From a virus (lineage: Duplodnaviria; Caudoviricetes), in IMG/VR virus record IMGVR_UViG_3300013902_000009, positions 35,818 through 99,817 of that record: 64,000 bases of DNA; one strand, given 5' to 3'. The first letter of the stretch is position 1, and each line of letters opens with the position of its first letter. Made by a program: the position numbers and the translations under genes. Shown here in pieces: positions 28,291 through 38,900 of the stretch. Below the pieces are notes generated by a model. That model worked only from the letters and a program-made list of their open reading frames with translations. It was not told where the DNA came from and did not search any database.

Positions 28291-29460
28291 ATGGGAGAAG
28301 ATTTTAATTTTGGAAGCATACTGGATGAGTCTGAAATCAATGACTTATTTAGTAGTGGTGAAGAGGCTAAATTAGAAGAAAAACCAAATGTAAATAAGGA
28401 AGGAGTAAAAGAGTCTCAAAACCAAGAAGAAGAAAAAGAAAGTAAAGAAAGTGTCACCGAGGATTCTATAGATAATTTATTTAATCCAGAGGGCGTAGGT
28501 GGCGATAAGAAAAATACAGAGGAAAGAGAGGGTTCGTCAACTAAGACGACAGGCGCTTCTCCCAATAATTTTTCTTCCATCGCCAAAGCGTTGAAAGAGG
28601 ACGGCCCGCTCTCTTCTGTTGATGATAAGTTCTTTGACACAATTAAGGATGCGCAAGGATTTAGTGATGCTATTGAGGAAGAGGTAAAGAATAGACTTGA
28701 TGAGTCTCAGAGACGTATTCTTGAAGCTCTTGATAATAATATTGAGCCTGATGATATACGTCAATACGAGAGCACTTTAAGATATCTTGATTCAATAACT
28801 GATGAGAATCTAAATGACGAAAGCGACAAAGGTGTAGAGTTGAGAAAAGCTTTGATTTATCAAGACTTTATCAACAAGGGTTATTCGAAAGAGAAAGCCA
28901 CTAGGATGCTTAATAAGATTGTATCCGATGGAACTGATATCGAAGATGCTAAAGACGCTCTTGAAGCTAACAGGAAATATTATAAGGATTCTTATAATGA
29001 CTTGCGCGATGAAGCAAAACGTGAAGCTGATGCTAAGCGAGAAGAATACCGTAAGATTGATGAATCTCTCAAAAAGTCTATAATGGATGATAAAGAGGTT
29101 ATTAACGGTATAGGTGAGCTTGATAGAACGACAAGGCAGAAAGCTTATGATGCTATTAGTAAACCCGTATATAAGGATAATAATACTGGAAGAGTTTATT
29201 CAGCTGTACAAAAGTTTGAAAAAGATAATCCAGTCGAGTTCCGAAAAGTTATGGGTCTAGTATACGCGCTTACAGATGGCTACAAATCATTTGATTCCTT
29301 AGTTAAGTCAAAGGTTGAGAAAGAAAAAAAGAAGGGTATAGCCGAATTGGAGCGAGTGATTAACTCAACCCCTAGAAACGGTGACGGTACGTTTAGGTTA
29401 GCGAATGGAGGTGGAGATGATAACTCATTCCTTGATGGCATAGTTGCCCTTGATTTATAA
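28291..29460 (+). CDS. acidic helical protein upstream of MCP, probable scaffolding/capsid assembly protein
   Basis: Very acidic disordered N-terminus, coiled coils, position immediately before MCP. Confidence 0.65.
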   Translation: MGEDFNFGSILDESEINDLFSSGEEAKLEEKPNVNKEGVKESQNQEEEKESKESVTEDSIDNLFNPEGVGGDKKNTEEREGSSTKTTGASPNNFSSIAKALKEDGPLSSVDDKFFDTIKDAQGFSDAIEEEVKNRLDESQRRILEALDNNIEPDDIRQYESTLRYLDSITDENLNDESDKGVELRKALIYQDFINKGYSKEKATRMLNKIVSDGTDIEDAKDALEANRKYYKDSYNDLRDEAKREADAKREEYRKIDESLKKSIMDDKEVINGIGELDRTTRQKAYDAISKPVYKDNNTGRVYSAVQKFEKDNPVEFRKVMGLVYALTDGYKSFDSLVKSKVEKEKKKGIAELERVINSTPRNGDGTFRLANGGGDDNSFLDGIVALDL

Positions 29461-29478
29461 ACTAATTCATTTGTTTTT

Positions 29479-30993
29479 ATGGCTTTACAAAAATTTGAAA
29501 CGCGTGAGTTCAGCGGATGGGCAACTAACATCACCAAGAAGAACCACATTGACACGCTTTATCCAAGGTGTCCTCAGATGGTTGCCGACTTCATGGTTGA
29601 GTTGCTTTCCCGCAATTTTGGAATGTCGCTTGAGTCTATTCTTAATAGATTCCCTACTAAGGAGTTTGAGAATGACGAGAAGTTCTGGTGGGATGTTATA
29701 GGCTCTTCAAGACGTAACATTCCTCTAATCGAGGCAAGAAAATTTGATGGCACAGTTGTTACATCAGCTGATTCTGGTGTTGGCGCAAACGGCGAGCCTT
29801 TCTTCCTCGTATTTGGTGAGAAGTACTTCTTTGATGGTGAAGTTATTCTTGGTAATCTTAACGAAGTTTTTCCTCTTAGAATAGTTGCTAAGGAGAAGCT
29901 TGAAGGCACTAATTATGTTTATGAGGTAGAGCTTATCAATGGCAGAACTGACGGTATGCCGGGTGCTAGACTGCTTGCTGGAGAGAAGTTCAGTTATGCT
30001 TACGCTCCTGTTGAGAGAGGCCTCTCCAAGGGTGTCGGCGGAGTTCGCTATGTGTCTCCTTCAACGATGTCTAACGAGTTCTCCACAATCCGTATCAAGG
30101 ATGAGGTTTCCGGCGACGTTTACGGACACAAGATTGCCATGGGTGTCCCTGTGGTTAAACAGACCGAGAGCGGCAAGATGCAGAAAACCACAGACACGAT
30201 GTGGATGCACTACTGGGAGTACGAGTTCGAGAAGACTTGGAGAGAATACAAGAATAACGTGTATGCTTATTCTACCTCAAACCGCAATGCAAACGGTGAG
30301 TATCTAAACTATGGTAAGTCTGGTGAAGTTATTCGCATGGGTGACGGTCTGCTTGCACAGCTTAAGAGAGGAAACGTAGTTTACTACAATAAGTTTAGTC
30401 TTAAGCTACTCGAAGACACTCTTCTTGCTATATCTACTGCTAAACTTGAGCTTAGCGAGCGTAAGTTTGTTTTGCGTACTGGCGAAAGAGGTGCACTCCA
30501 GTTCCACAAGGCTGTAAGAGATACCGTTTCTGGTTGGACTGAATTTACTTATAACGGCGATAATCTCGGTGTCGTAAAGAAGGATAATTCACCTCTTCAT
30601 CAGAATGCTTTGCAGGCTGGCTATCAGTTCACCAAATTCTTGGGACCTAATGGTATTGAGCTTACTGTAGAGATAGACCCATTCTATGATGACCCGGTTA
30701 TGAATAAAGTTATGCATCCTAACGGAGGTGTAGCTCAGTCTTATCGTTACGATATCTTCGATATAGGCACTTCTAACCATCCTAATATATTTAAGGTTGG
30801 AGTTAAGGGACAGCCAACTGAAGCTAGAAGTATAATGTGGGGTATTAGAGACCCTTATACAGGTAGGTGGGGCAACCCTAACGCCTCATTTGAGGATGAC
30901 AAGGCTATCATAACCAAGTTTGGACAGTTCGGCTTGTGCATACTCGACCCTACGAGAACGGCAAGCATAATCCCTTCGCTTCTTAGCGAATAA
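29479..30993 (+). CDS. major capsid protein (crAss-type)
   Basis: 504 aa; KF...F.GW..ITKKNH, WDVIGSSRRNIPL, APVE..LS..VG, NEFSTIR, G.SG.VI..GDGL, RKFVLRTGERGA.QF. Confidence 0.95.
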   Translation: MALQKFETREFSGWATNITKKNHIDTLYPRCPQMVADFMVELLSRNFGMSLESILNRFPTKEFENDEKFWWDVIGSSRRNIPLIEARKFDGTVVTSADSGVGANGEPFFLVFGEKYFFDGEVILGNLNEVFPLRIVAKEKLEGTNYVYEVELINGRTDGMPGARLLAGEKFSYAYAPVERGLSKGVGGVRYVSPSTMSNEFSTIRIKDEVSGDVYGHKIAMGVPVVKQTESGKMQKTTDTMWMHYWEYEFEKTWREYKNNVYAYSTSNRNANGEYLNYGKSGEVIRMGDGLLAQLKRGNVVYYNKFSLKLLEDTLLAISTAKLELSERKFVLRTGERGALQFHKAVRDTVSGWTEFTYNGDNLGVVKKDNSPLHQNALQAGYQFTKFLGPNGIELTVEIDPFYDDPVMNKVMHPNGGVAQSYRYDIFDIGTSNHPNIFKVGVKGQPTEARSIMWGIRDPYTGRWGNPNASFEDDKAIITKFGQFGLCILDPTRTASIIPSLLSE

Positions 30994-31001
30994 TATATAT
31001 G

Positions 31002-31037
31002 CAATCGGAGCAAGTGGGTAAACCACTTGCCCGGTTG
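31002..31037 (+). terminator. hairpin after MCP (terminator or stabiliser)
   Basis: CAATCGGAGCAAGTGG-GTAAA-CCACTTGCCCGGTTG. Confidence 0.6.
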
Positions 31038-31089
31038 ATTTATACAATCAAAATATTGAATCAAATCGAAAATAACAGGAGAAGATTTT

Positions 31090-32055
31090 ATGGAAGAGTT
31101 GATACAGATTGACACTACAGAAAAGGCAGAGATGCCAATGCAAGAGGTAGGTAAGCCGGGTAGAAAACCAAAAATTAGGTTAGACAGAGAAGCTGATAAA
31201 AAAGTAGTAGCTGATGAACCTATAAATTGTCTTAGGAATGAAAGGGTTACAGTAAAGTTTATACCAAACGAGACTGGAGGGCTAGATAAGAAGCATCCAT
31301 ACTACGGAGGTAAAGTTGAAGGGGCTTTTACTATGCTTACAGTCCCTATGCTTAAAAACGGAACTATAACCAACCCACTTACAAAGGCAGAGAAGGAATA
31401 CCTTGAGGAGATAATGCAGTTGGATTATGGCGCATTGTCTGTATATAAGAAGGAAGATAATTATTGGGAGAACCTTATGGTAAGACTTGGTAAAGATGAT
31501 ACAATATTGGATTTGTCTATACCTACAGACTATATTAAGTATAAGGTTTTGCTTGCAAATAAAGATATTGTTTGTCCTTCAATGAAAGACCTTGAGGAAA
31601 AACCTAAGGCTACATACCAATATGTTATGGTTAGTGATACTGACGTATTCACCGAGACTTCAAATAGAACTTCAAATAAGATGAAGTGTTATGAAGAATT
31701 TGGTAGGGTTAGAGATGAAAAAGATGTATTGAGGTGTATCATACATACAATCACTGGAAGGCAAGTTGATATAAACTCCAAGATTGAGTTTATGCGCGAC
31801 AAGATTGTAGATATGATTGATAATAACCCTAAGAGATTCCTTGAAGTAATAACAGACCCGCTGCTGCACATTAAAGTAACACTTATGCGTGGCATTGAGG
31901 AGAAAGTAATATCAAGGCGTGGTGAGTATTATTACTATGATGGGCAACCTCTTTGCGGAGATAATGAAGCTCCAACAATAACTGTAGCTGCAAAGTATCT
32001 TGGGCTTCCTAAAAATCAGGAATTGCTGTTTTCGATTCAAGCTAAAACAAAGTAA
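31090..32055 (+). CDS. conserved crAss capsid-module protein following MCP
   Basis: NCLRNERV.VKF, LT..EK.YLE, LDLS.P.DYIKYKVLLAN; synteny. Confidence 0.75.
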   Translation: MEELIQIDTTEKAEMPMQEVGKPGRKPKIRLDREADKKVVADEPINCLRNERVTVKFIPNETGGLDKKHPYYGGKVEGAFTMLTVPMLKNGTITNPLTKAEKEYLEEIMQLDYGALSVYKKEDNYWENLMVRLGKDDTILDLSIPTDYIKYKVLLANKDIVCPSMKDLEEKPKATYQYVMVSDTDVFTETSNRTSNKMKCYEEFGRVRDEKDVLRCIIHTITGRQVDINSKIEFMRDKIVDMIDNNPKRFLEVITDPLLHIKVTLMRGIEEKVISRRGEYYYYDGQPLCGDNEAPTITVAAKYLGLPKNQELLFSIQAKTK

Positions 32056-32060
32056 AGGAT

Positions 32061-32705
32061 ATGACTGCTGATGATTTCTCTATAGAGTTTGATTTGCTCT
32101 TTAATAATATAGCTTCAAATAAAGCTCCGGGTCTTAATGATTACGAAAAGAGTCTTTTTCTTACACAAGCACAAGAGCTTATGGTTAGAGGATTATACTC
32201 TTCTGGAGAGCAATCTTTTGAATCTACAGAGGAACTTACATCATATCTATCAAGTATTAGCAAACGAATGAGTTTTGCTTCTTTTAAGCAAGGTAATTTA
32301 TATGGCTGGACTACTTATACTGTTGAGATTCCATCAAAGGTTTGGTATATAACCCTAGAGAATGGTATTGTTGATAATCTTCCAGTTGAAGTAATACCTA
32401 TTAAACAGGATATGTTTTTACGAACTGTAAGGAATCCATTTAGGGGTCCGACAAAAAAGAGGGCGTTAAGGATTACCCGTACAGACGGAGACGCTACCAG
32501 ATTGTCGGATATAATACCAAATAAAGATGGTGTACTACAGTCGTATCAGATACATTATATAGAGAAGCCAAAACCTATCGTACTTGAAGACAATATTGAG
32601 ATTGATGGCGAGATTCATAATAAGCAGACATGTTGCTTGCCTGAGAATATGCACAGAATGGTGCTTATAAGGGCTGTAGAACTCGCTAAATCTATATGGC
32701 AATAA
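32061..32705 (+). CDS. tail ring / structural protein
   Basis: FS.EFDLLFNNI.SN.APGLN.YEKSLFLT.AQ, NPF.GP, Y...P.PI.L, C.LP...H...L.RAVELAK. Confidence 0.75.
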   Translation: MTADDFSIEFDLLFNNIASNKAPGLNDYEKSLFLTQAQELMVRGLYSSGEQSFESTEELTSYLSSISKRMSFASFKQGNLYGWTTYTVEIPSKVWYITLENGIVDNLPVEVIPIKQDMFLRTVRNPFRGPTKKRALRITRTDGDATRLSDIIPNKDGVLQSYQIHYIEKPKPIVLEDNIEIDGEIHNKQTCCLPENMHRMVLIRAVELAKSIWQ

Positions 32706-32731
32706 ATGTTTAACATTAACTATAGTTGATT

Positions 32732-33541
32732 ATGAATATTTCTACAAATCAGGTGCTTCACCTTTTTGAGGGTACGGCTGTAAAGACCGATACTAAAGTT
32801 GCTGGTGTAAAGCCAGCTTCGTATTTGAAGATTACTCAGTCTGACGGTAAAGTAAAGACTTCGCCACTGTTTACTGAGGTAGTATCTACTCAGAATATTA
32901 CTGGTGGATTTCTTAAAAAGAATAAGACTACTCTTTCAACAGAATCGTTTGAGGCCACTAAGGGAAATTGGTATTCTCTTACTCTTCGTTATGGCGGATT
33001 CTCAATTGAAGATAGTAATACTTTGACTGTTTCCTATCAGGCAACTTCTGATGGAGACGATATCGTAAAAGCGCTTGGCGATATGCTTAAGGCACAAGTT
33101 GATAAAGTCCTTGTTAATGAAAAAGGTGTACCAGCCCTTACTGTTGAATCAGCTGCTAATAGCGTAAGTGTCACTGATGAGGACCCTATGTATAATCCTT
33201 CACGCTTTGATGTTAATAATATCAAGTGTCTCGGTCTTGAAATTAGCGTTGAAGATGATGTTCCAACAGATAACGATTTCAATCTTAAGGTTGAAACTAT
33301 TGATTCTGCAACTAAGGATGGAGCCAAGTATGCTTGTATGGAGCATTTTGCTATGGGTGAGCGTGGTGGTCAGACTAACTATCGCGGATGGCCTTTCTAT
33401 CACGAGGTAGGAAGTTACCTTATTGACCCTACGAAGAAATACGATGCTACAATCTATCATCTTCGCTATTTTGGTGATATTCAGGATTACCATTCAACCG
33501 ACTTTGATGTGATTGTGCTCAAGGCTTCAGCTAAGCAGTAG
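32732..33541 (+). CDS. putative auxiliary capsid (decoration) protein
   Basis: STNQV.HL N-terminus, MEHF.MGERG...YR.W and DP.K.YD...L.Y; followed by a strong terminator; synteny with crAss001-type module. Confidence 0.6.
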   Translation: MNISTNQVLHLFEGTAVKTDTKVAGVKPASYLKITQSDGKVKTSPLFTEVVSTQNITGGFLKKNKTTLSTESFEATKGNWYSLTLRYGGFSIEDSNTLTVSYQATSDGDDIVKALGDMLKAQVDKVLVNEKGVPALTVESAANSVSVTDEDPMYNPSRFDVNNIKCLGLEISVEDDVPTDNDFNLKVETIDSATKDGAKYACMEHFAMGERGGQTNYRGWPFYHEVGSYLIDPTKKYDATIYHLRYFGDIQDYHSTDFDVIVLKASAKQ

Positions 33542-33582
33542 AATTGACGTTCTTTCTTTTCATAATGGATAATTGTTTGATT

Positions 33583-33622
33583 AGTGGAGAGTAGCCGTGA
33601 GGTTATTCTCCACTCTATTTTT
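33583..33622 (+). terminator. intrinsic terminator
   Basis: AGTGGAGAGTAGCC-GTGA-GGTTATTCTCCACT then T-rich tract. Confidence 0.75.
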
Positions 33623-33666
33623 ATTAATACATACTTAACCAACTTTTACCTTGGCTTGTTTTTCCC

Positions 33667-33674
33667 TATATTTG
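33667..33674 (+). promoter_or_regulatory. Bacteroidota-type -7 promoter element
   Basis: TATATTTG(C), 21 nt before ATG 33696. Confidence 0.65.
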
Positions 33675-33695
33675 CGTCATTAACAAACGTTTGAT

Positions 33696-34490
33696 ATGAC
33701 TACATACGGACAAATGATTTATTATTGCCTTGATATGGTAAAGGCATTCAGTGATGATACACAAGTTACTGAGGAGCATGTTATGTTCCTACTTGATAAA
33801 TATCGCGCTATGGTATTAAGACAAACATATAATAGTGGTAAAGCTAAAGATGGAACTAATATATCTTCTGAAAATTATCAATCAATACCAATAGATAAGC
33901 TTACTATGGTAAGACCTGATAATCTTGAGTATAACGTATATTCTGATGATGGATTAGATTATATCTTTGAAGGTAGTGATACTCACTTTAAAAGTAATTA
34001 TAAGTATAGCAAGTATATTAAAATTCCTGCTATACTACCCGGTTTTATTCCAAAGGTTTATATAACCGACTTATTTAAGAGTATAGCTACTTATGTCGAT
34101 AATGATAGGTTTGAATATACTAATTGGCATAAATATCTTAAAAACTTCATATATGCAACTATAGGAATAGATAGACATCTATACCTAAAAAGTAAGAATA
34201 CAGAAAGGTTAGGTATGGTTAAAAAGGTTAATCTATATGCTGCATTTGAGAATCCTTCTGAAGTTTATGCAATAACAGAACCTAATAAAGATATATATGA
34301 TTGCGCATTCCCAGTAGAAGATGCATTGTTACCAAATATAATAGCTATGGTAATCAAGGATATACTTGGTGCTGCTTATCGTCCAGCCGATAAATATAAT
34401 AACGCTGATGATGATTTGGCTAATATAGCATCATTTATACGTCAGAACATGAAGCAAAGGTATGTAAAGGATTCGCAAGATGGAGATTAA
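33696..34490 (+). CDS. tail ring protein
   Basis: TY.Q.IY..LD..K..SDD...TEEHV.FLL..YRA..L.Q.Y, NYQ.I, FENP, FP.E..L...II..V...P.D..NNA.DD. Confidence 0.75.
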   Translation: MTTYGQMIYYCLDMVKAFSDDTQVTEEHVMFLLDKYRAMVLRQTYNSGKAKDGTNISSENYQSIPIDKLTMVRPDNLEYNVYSDDGLDYIFEGSDTHFKSNYKYSKYIKIPAILPGFIPKVYITDLFKSIATYVDNDRFEYTNWHKYLKNFIYATIGIDRHLYLKSKNTERLGMVKKVNLYAAFENPSEVYAITEPNKDIYDCAFPVEDALLPNIIAMVIKDILGAAYRPADKYNNADDDLANIASFIRQNMKQRYVKDSQDGD

Positions 34491-34995
34491 GTTAGATAAG
34501 TACGGAAAGAAAATAAGAGGTAAAGAGAGGTTTATTAAAGCCTATACTATGAGGGATATTTGGTTGTGCTATGTTAGGAATAGAGACAAGTCTAAAGCTG
34601 CATATCTAAATAGAAATCAACATAATAAAGTATTAGGCGAGATAATACAAGGTATGATTGATAAACTTCTCAAAAAAGGTATAGTACACCTTGGGGATAA
34701 CATAGGCTTTATAGAGATAAGGAAGAGAAAGAAAGAGGCTTGGATTTGCAAAGATGGAGTTATTAGGAGTACATACCCTCTTGATTTTAAGACTATAAAT
34801 CTATCAAGAATTAGTGACGATGAGTATATACCTAGTTGTAGATTATTCGATAGAGGTTATGTATTTAAAACTAGATTTGCTTCTGGTAAGGCTAAGGTTA
34901 AGAATAAGGAATACATTGAGTTTCGTACCACTCCTTCTTTTAGAAAGAGATTACACGATCTTATAGTTGAAGGTAAAATAGATGCACTTATATGA
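34480..34995 (+). CDS. IHF/HU-like protein of the crAss tail module
   Basis: Basic; LL..G.V.L....G.IEIRK...F......RK.L...I; conserved position before the tail tubular gene. Confidence 0.65.
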   Translation: MEIKLDKYGKKIRGKERFIKAYTMRDIWLCYVRNRDKSKAAYLNRNQHNKVLGEIIQGMIDKLLKKGIVHLGDNIGFIEIRKRKKEAWICKDGVIRSTYPLDFKTINLSRISDDEYIPSCRLFDRGYVFKTRFASGKAKVKNKEYIEFRTTPSFRKRLHDLIVEGKIDALI

Positions 34996-35930
34996 AAAGT
35001 AAATTTACAAACATAAGGTTAATCCTTGAGAAGTTACGTAGGAATCCAATGCTACGTAAGTTGCCGCTTGAGACAATAGTTGATTACACAGAAGATTTTA
35101 TGAGAATAGTTGGTTGCCCTTGTGAATTTGTTGAAAAGACATGTATTGTCAAAATAGACAAATACAAAGGTGTGCTTCCAGATGATTTTCATGAAGTTAT
35201 ACAAGTTAGAGAAGCATCTGACTATTTAGCTAAGAAAGACTACCTTACTAATGAGGTTTTAAAGAATATTATGTATTCTGTTCAGAATAGATTCGATGAT
35301 GATTATGGAGAGTTAGCAATACAAATTGAATGGGATGCAAATGAGGCTAGTCTTGCTAAACTGTATTCTCTAAGAGATATTGATTTTGGAACGTACGGAA
35401 CTATATGTATTAATCTAGATGTGGATAATCAACAAGACGTTAATGCAGATATGTCTAAATATCTGTTTAATTCTAATTACCGCTCAATGAGGTCGTCTAC
35501 AGATTCATTCCATATGAATAGTCAGCCTAAAAATTGCAGAGAGCTTACTTATAAAATCGAGAATAATAGAATATTTACGTCAGAAGAATATGGATACTTA
35601 GAGGTTTCGTATCGAGCATTAGCTATAGACGAAGATGGGTTACCGCTAATACCGGATAATTCTAAGTTTACTAGGGCTCTCGAATGGTACATTAAACAAG
35701 AATATTATACGATTCTTTTCGAATCTAGCGAAATTGACGCTAGGGTGCTACAGAATACTCAACAAGAATATTGCTGGGCTGTAGGTGCTTATGAGAGCGA
35801 ATGTCATTTGCCTACTATTGACGAGATGCAGTCAATAACAAATTCTCTTAATCAGTTGGTAGTGCGTATTAATGAGCATGATAAATCATTCCTACACGAA
35901 GGTACTAGGGAATATTTAAGGAGGAAATAA
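34992..35930 (+). CDS. tail tubular/ring protein (P22 gp4-like slot)
   Basis: I..I...L.R.P.L......E....Y..DF..IVG.P, LP.DF..VIQV, TYKI....I.TS...G...VSY.A...DEDGLPLIPDN..F.RALE.YIK. Confidence 0.8.
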   Translation: MKSKFTNIRLILEKLRRNPMLRKLPLETIVDYTEDFMRIVGCPCEFVEKTCIVKIDKYKGVLPDDFHEVIQVREASDYLAKKDYLTNEVLKNIMYSVQNRFDDDYGELAIQIEWDANEASLAKLYSLRDIDFGTYGTICINLDVDNQQDVNADMSKYLFNSNYRSMRSSTDSFHMNSQPKNCRELTYKIENNRIFTSEEYGYLEVSYRALAIDEDGLPLIPDNSKFTRALEWYIKQEYYTILFESSEIDARVLQNTQQEYCWAVGAYESECHLPTIDEMQSITNSLNQLVVRINEHDKSFLHEGTREYLRRK

Positions 35931-35931
35931 T

Positions 35932-38900
35932 ATGGAGGTAAATGTAGCTGAGTTGAAAAACAAAGGTATGGTTAAGGACTACTCTATAAGTAAACAACTT
36001 GACGAGTATGCTTTTGATAATTTCAATATAAGAATAACCCCAAACGAAGATAATACAGGACTTTCTATAACAAACGAGAAAGGCCCTGCTAGATGTCTTG
36101 TTGAATCAATAGAGAAAAAGCTTGCTATAAACAGAATTTACCATACTATAAATAACGGTAGTATTAACTTTACGTTAGATTATAGGAATACATCAGATAT
36201 AAAGTTTAATGTTATCTGCAACAAAATATCACTTTATGGAATAAATGTAAAGGTTGGTTCTGGTGGAAAAATATTCCTAAAGAAAACAAATAGTGACAGA
36301 AGTGGTTTTGTAATGTTTTCTAATAATGAAGGTATAACCGTTGATGGTAAAACATTAAAAAACATATATATCAAAGAATCTGACTTTGGTAAAATTGATT
36401 CAAATACTAATATACAGACATTTACAGATATTAATGTTGAACTTATAAACATTCTTGTTATTGATGCAGAAAAAGAAATATCATTTGTGAACTCCTATGA
36501 TTACGAAGCTTCTTTTGTTACGGAATCAGTAACTATACCAAGTGGAAATTTAATATTTAATCGTAATCTAAACTGTATATTAATACGTTCTGTAAGTCTT
36601 GAAGGTTCAGTTGATTATATTAGTGATAATACTTATATATACATACAAAACTCGACATATAGAAATTATATCAATTCTGGGAAAACTCTTCCTACAAGCT
36701 CTATAAGTATTAGTGAGAGTATTACTGGTAAGTATTGCGGATATTGCGAAACCGCTGATGGTATAGTTGTCTTTACAGAAGATGAAGGTACCAATTATAT
36801 CTATATACTATCAATGGAGGATGGTGAATTAAAGACATATATTTTTTATAGGGGACCACTCAATATAACTCCAGAAAATAAAATAGAGGCTATATTTAGA
36901 TTCGAATCTGAGGATATCCAAAAAGTATATTGGGTTGATGGAGTTAATCAGCCTAGGGTTATAAACATTGCTAAGCCGGTAGATTACGACAAAGGTAATA
37001 CTCAATTTGATTTCATCTCTACGGTAGATAAAATTCCAAAAATTGATATATTAAAGGTGTATAATTCGTCTGGGTTATTCCCTTCTGGCACAATTCAATA
37101 TGGAGTTTCTTATTATAATAAATTTGGTAGTGAAACTTCTCTTCTTTGGTTAAGTACAGTACATTATATAACCTTTAGTGATAGGGCTGCAAAAGCAGAT
37201 GAAAATGTTGCTTGCCAATTTAGATTGAAGATACTTAATCTTGATACCAAATTTGATTACGTAAGAGTATATTCTGTATTAAGAACCTCTTTAGATACGC
37301 AACCTGTAGTGAGTATTGTTGGAGATTATAATATATCAAAAAAGAAAAAAATTATAGTCTATGATGGAAATACAAATGTAACCAATGTTGACCCTTCGAT
37401 TCTATATTATATAGGAGGAAGAGAATTTACGGCGTCAACATTGGCATCAAAACAGGATAGGTTATTTCTTGGAAATATAAAGCTTACTGGAGATTCAATC
37501 CCGAATAATATTAAGAGTATTATTAAATCTTCTATAAAAACCCCTTATAGCAAAGTATTTTTTGATGCTTCAATGATTTCTTTTGATTATAAATCAATAG
37601 GAATGGATTTAGAATCATCATCGTATCCTTATAGATTACAGACTCTATGCGGTAAGGAGCATTTCTCTTATTTTAAATACGGAGAGACATATAGGTTTGC
37701 AATACAATTTCAGACAAACAAAGGTATTTGGACTCAACCTATTTGGATTGGGGATAAAAAATGCTTGTTAAGGCCAAAAGTTGATATAGTAGGAGGTAGA
37801 ATTAACCTACCTACGGCTACTTTTACTCCTACCGATGAGTTAAAAGAAGCTTGCGCTAACTATAGTATGTATCGAATACTTATGGCAGAAACCTCTTCGG
37901 CTACTCGAAATGTACTAGCACAAGGAGTTTTGAGTCCTACTGTATTTAATCTTAAAGATAGGATTAATAACTCACCATACGTTGCTTCTAGCTGGATTAT
38001 GCGTGCTACTGGAGATGTAGCATCGAGGCTTGGAGAATCAGCTTATGAAGAAATACAATCTATGGATAAAGATGCTAAACCTTCATTCGATGCTAGCGAA
38101 ATTGGTAAGACTGTATCATCTGAGAGTGGTACAATAGTATCTCTTATGTTTTCTTGGGATATAGAAAAAGTAAAACAATTCTGGGCTAAACAAGGCGCTG
38201 ACACAAATGTTAGTAGGGTATGGCATTATCTTACTAAAACATTTGGAAATATAATCAAATATGGAACATCGCTAGGATTCGGTTGGGGTCCTGTTGGTGA
38301 TTGGGTTAAATATAAATATTGCCTTATTGTTGCTTACCAATATGTAGATAATCAGATAGATCCAGATAGTATTACTATACATTGTGAATCTAGGACTAGC
38401 CTAAACAAGATGTGGAGTAAAGTTAGGAGTTATGTCTTGCGTAACCTTAATACGGATATAGCTGACGATATATCAAAAAGTGAATTTAAAAAGCTATGTA
38501 GACACGATAAGACTTCTATAACCGGTTGGACAAATCTTGAATCTACTCCTGATGGGGATTCTACTCTTGATTATCTATTGATGCTTTATCCAAAGGGGAA
38601 GGATGCAGGGCTAATATTTAGAGAGTATTCCTTGTGGGGTATGTATAAAAGGCTTAATATAAAGACGTATCAAGGAGAAACAGAATCTTATGCTAATAAG
38701 GTAAATAATAGTGGTTATTTTGTTGATGATAGTATAGTTACTTTTCACTCACCTGATATAGAAGCAAACCAAGAACTTATTAATGGCACAAACCTTAGTA
38801 TGCGCATTGTTGGTTACGTTCCTATAACGGCAGGACAAAATGATGCCGAATTTGACGTGTCAACAAAAGGATTAAGCGATTATGCATCAAAATCAAACTT

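Noticed and set aside
26178-32714. Identical TAAATGTTTAAC after stop codons at about 26178 and 32703
   Set aside because: Short, AT-rich and consistent with ordinary Bacteroidota translation leaders; two copies are insufficient evidence
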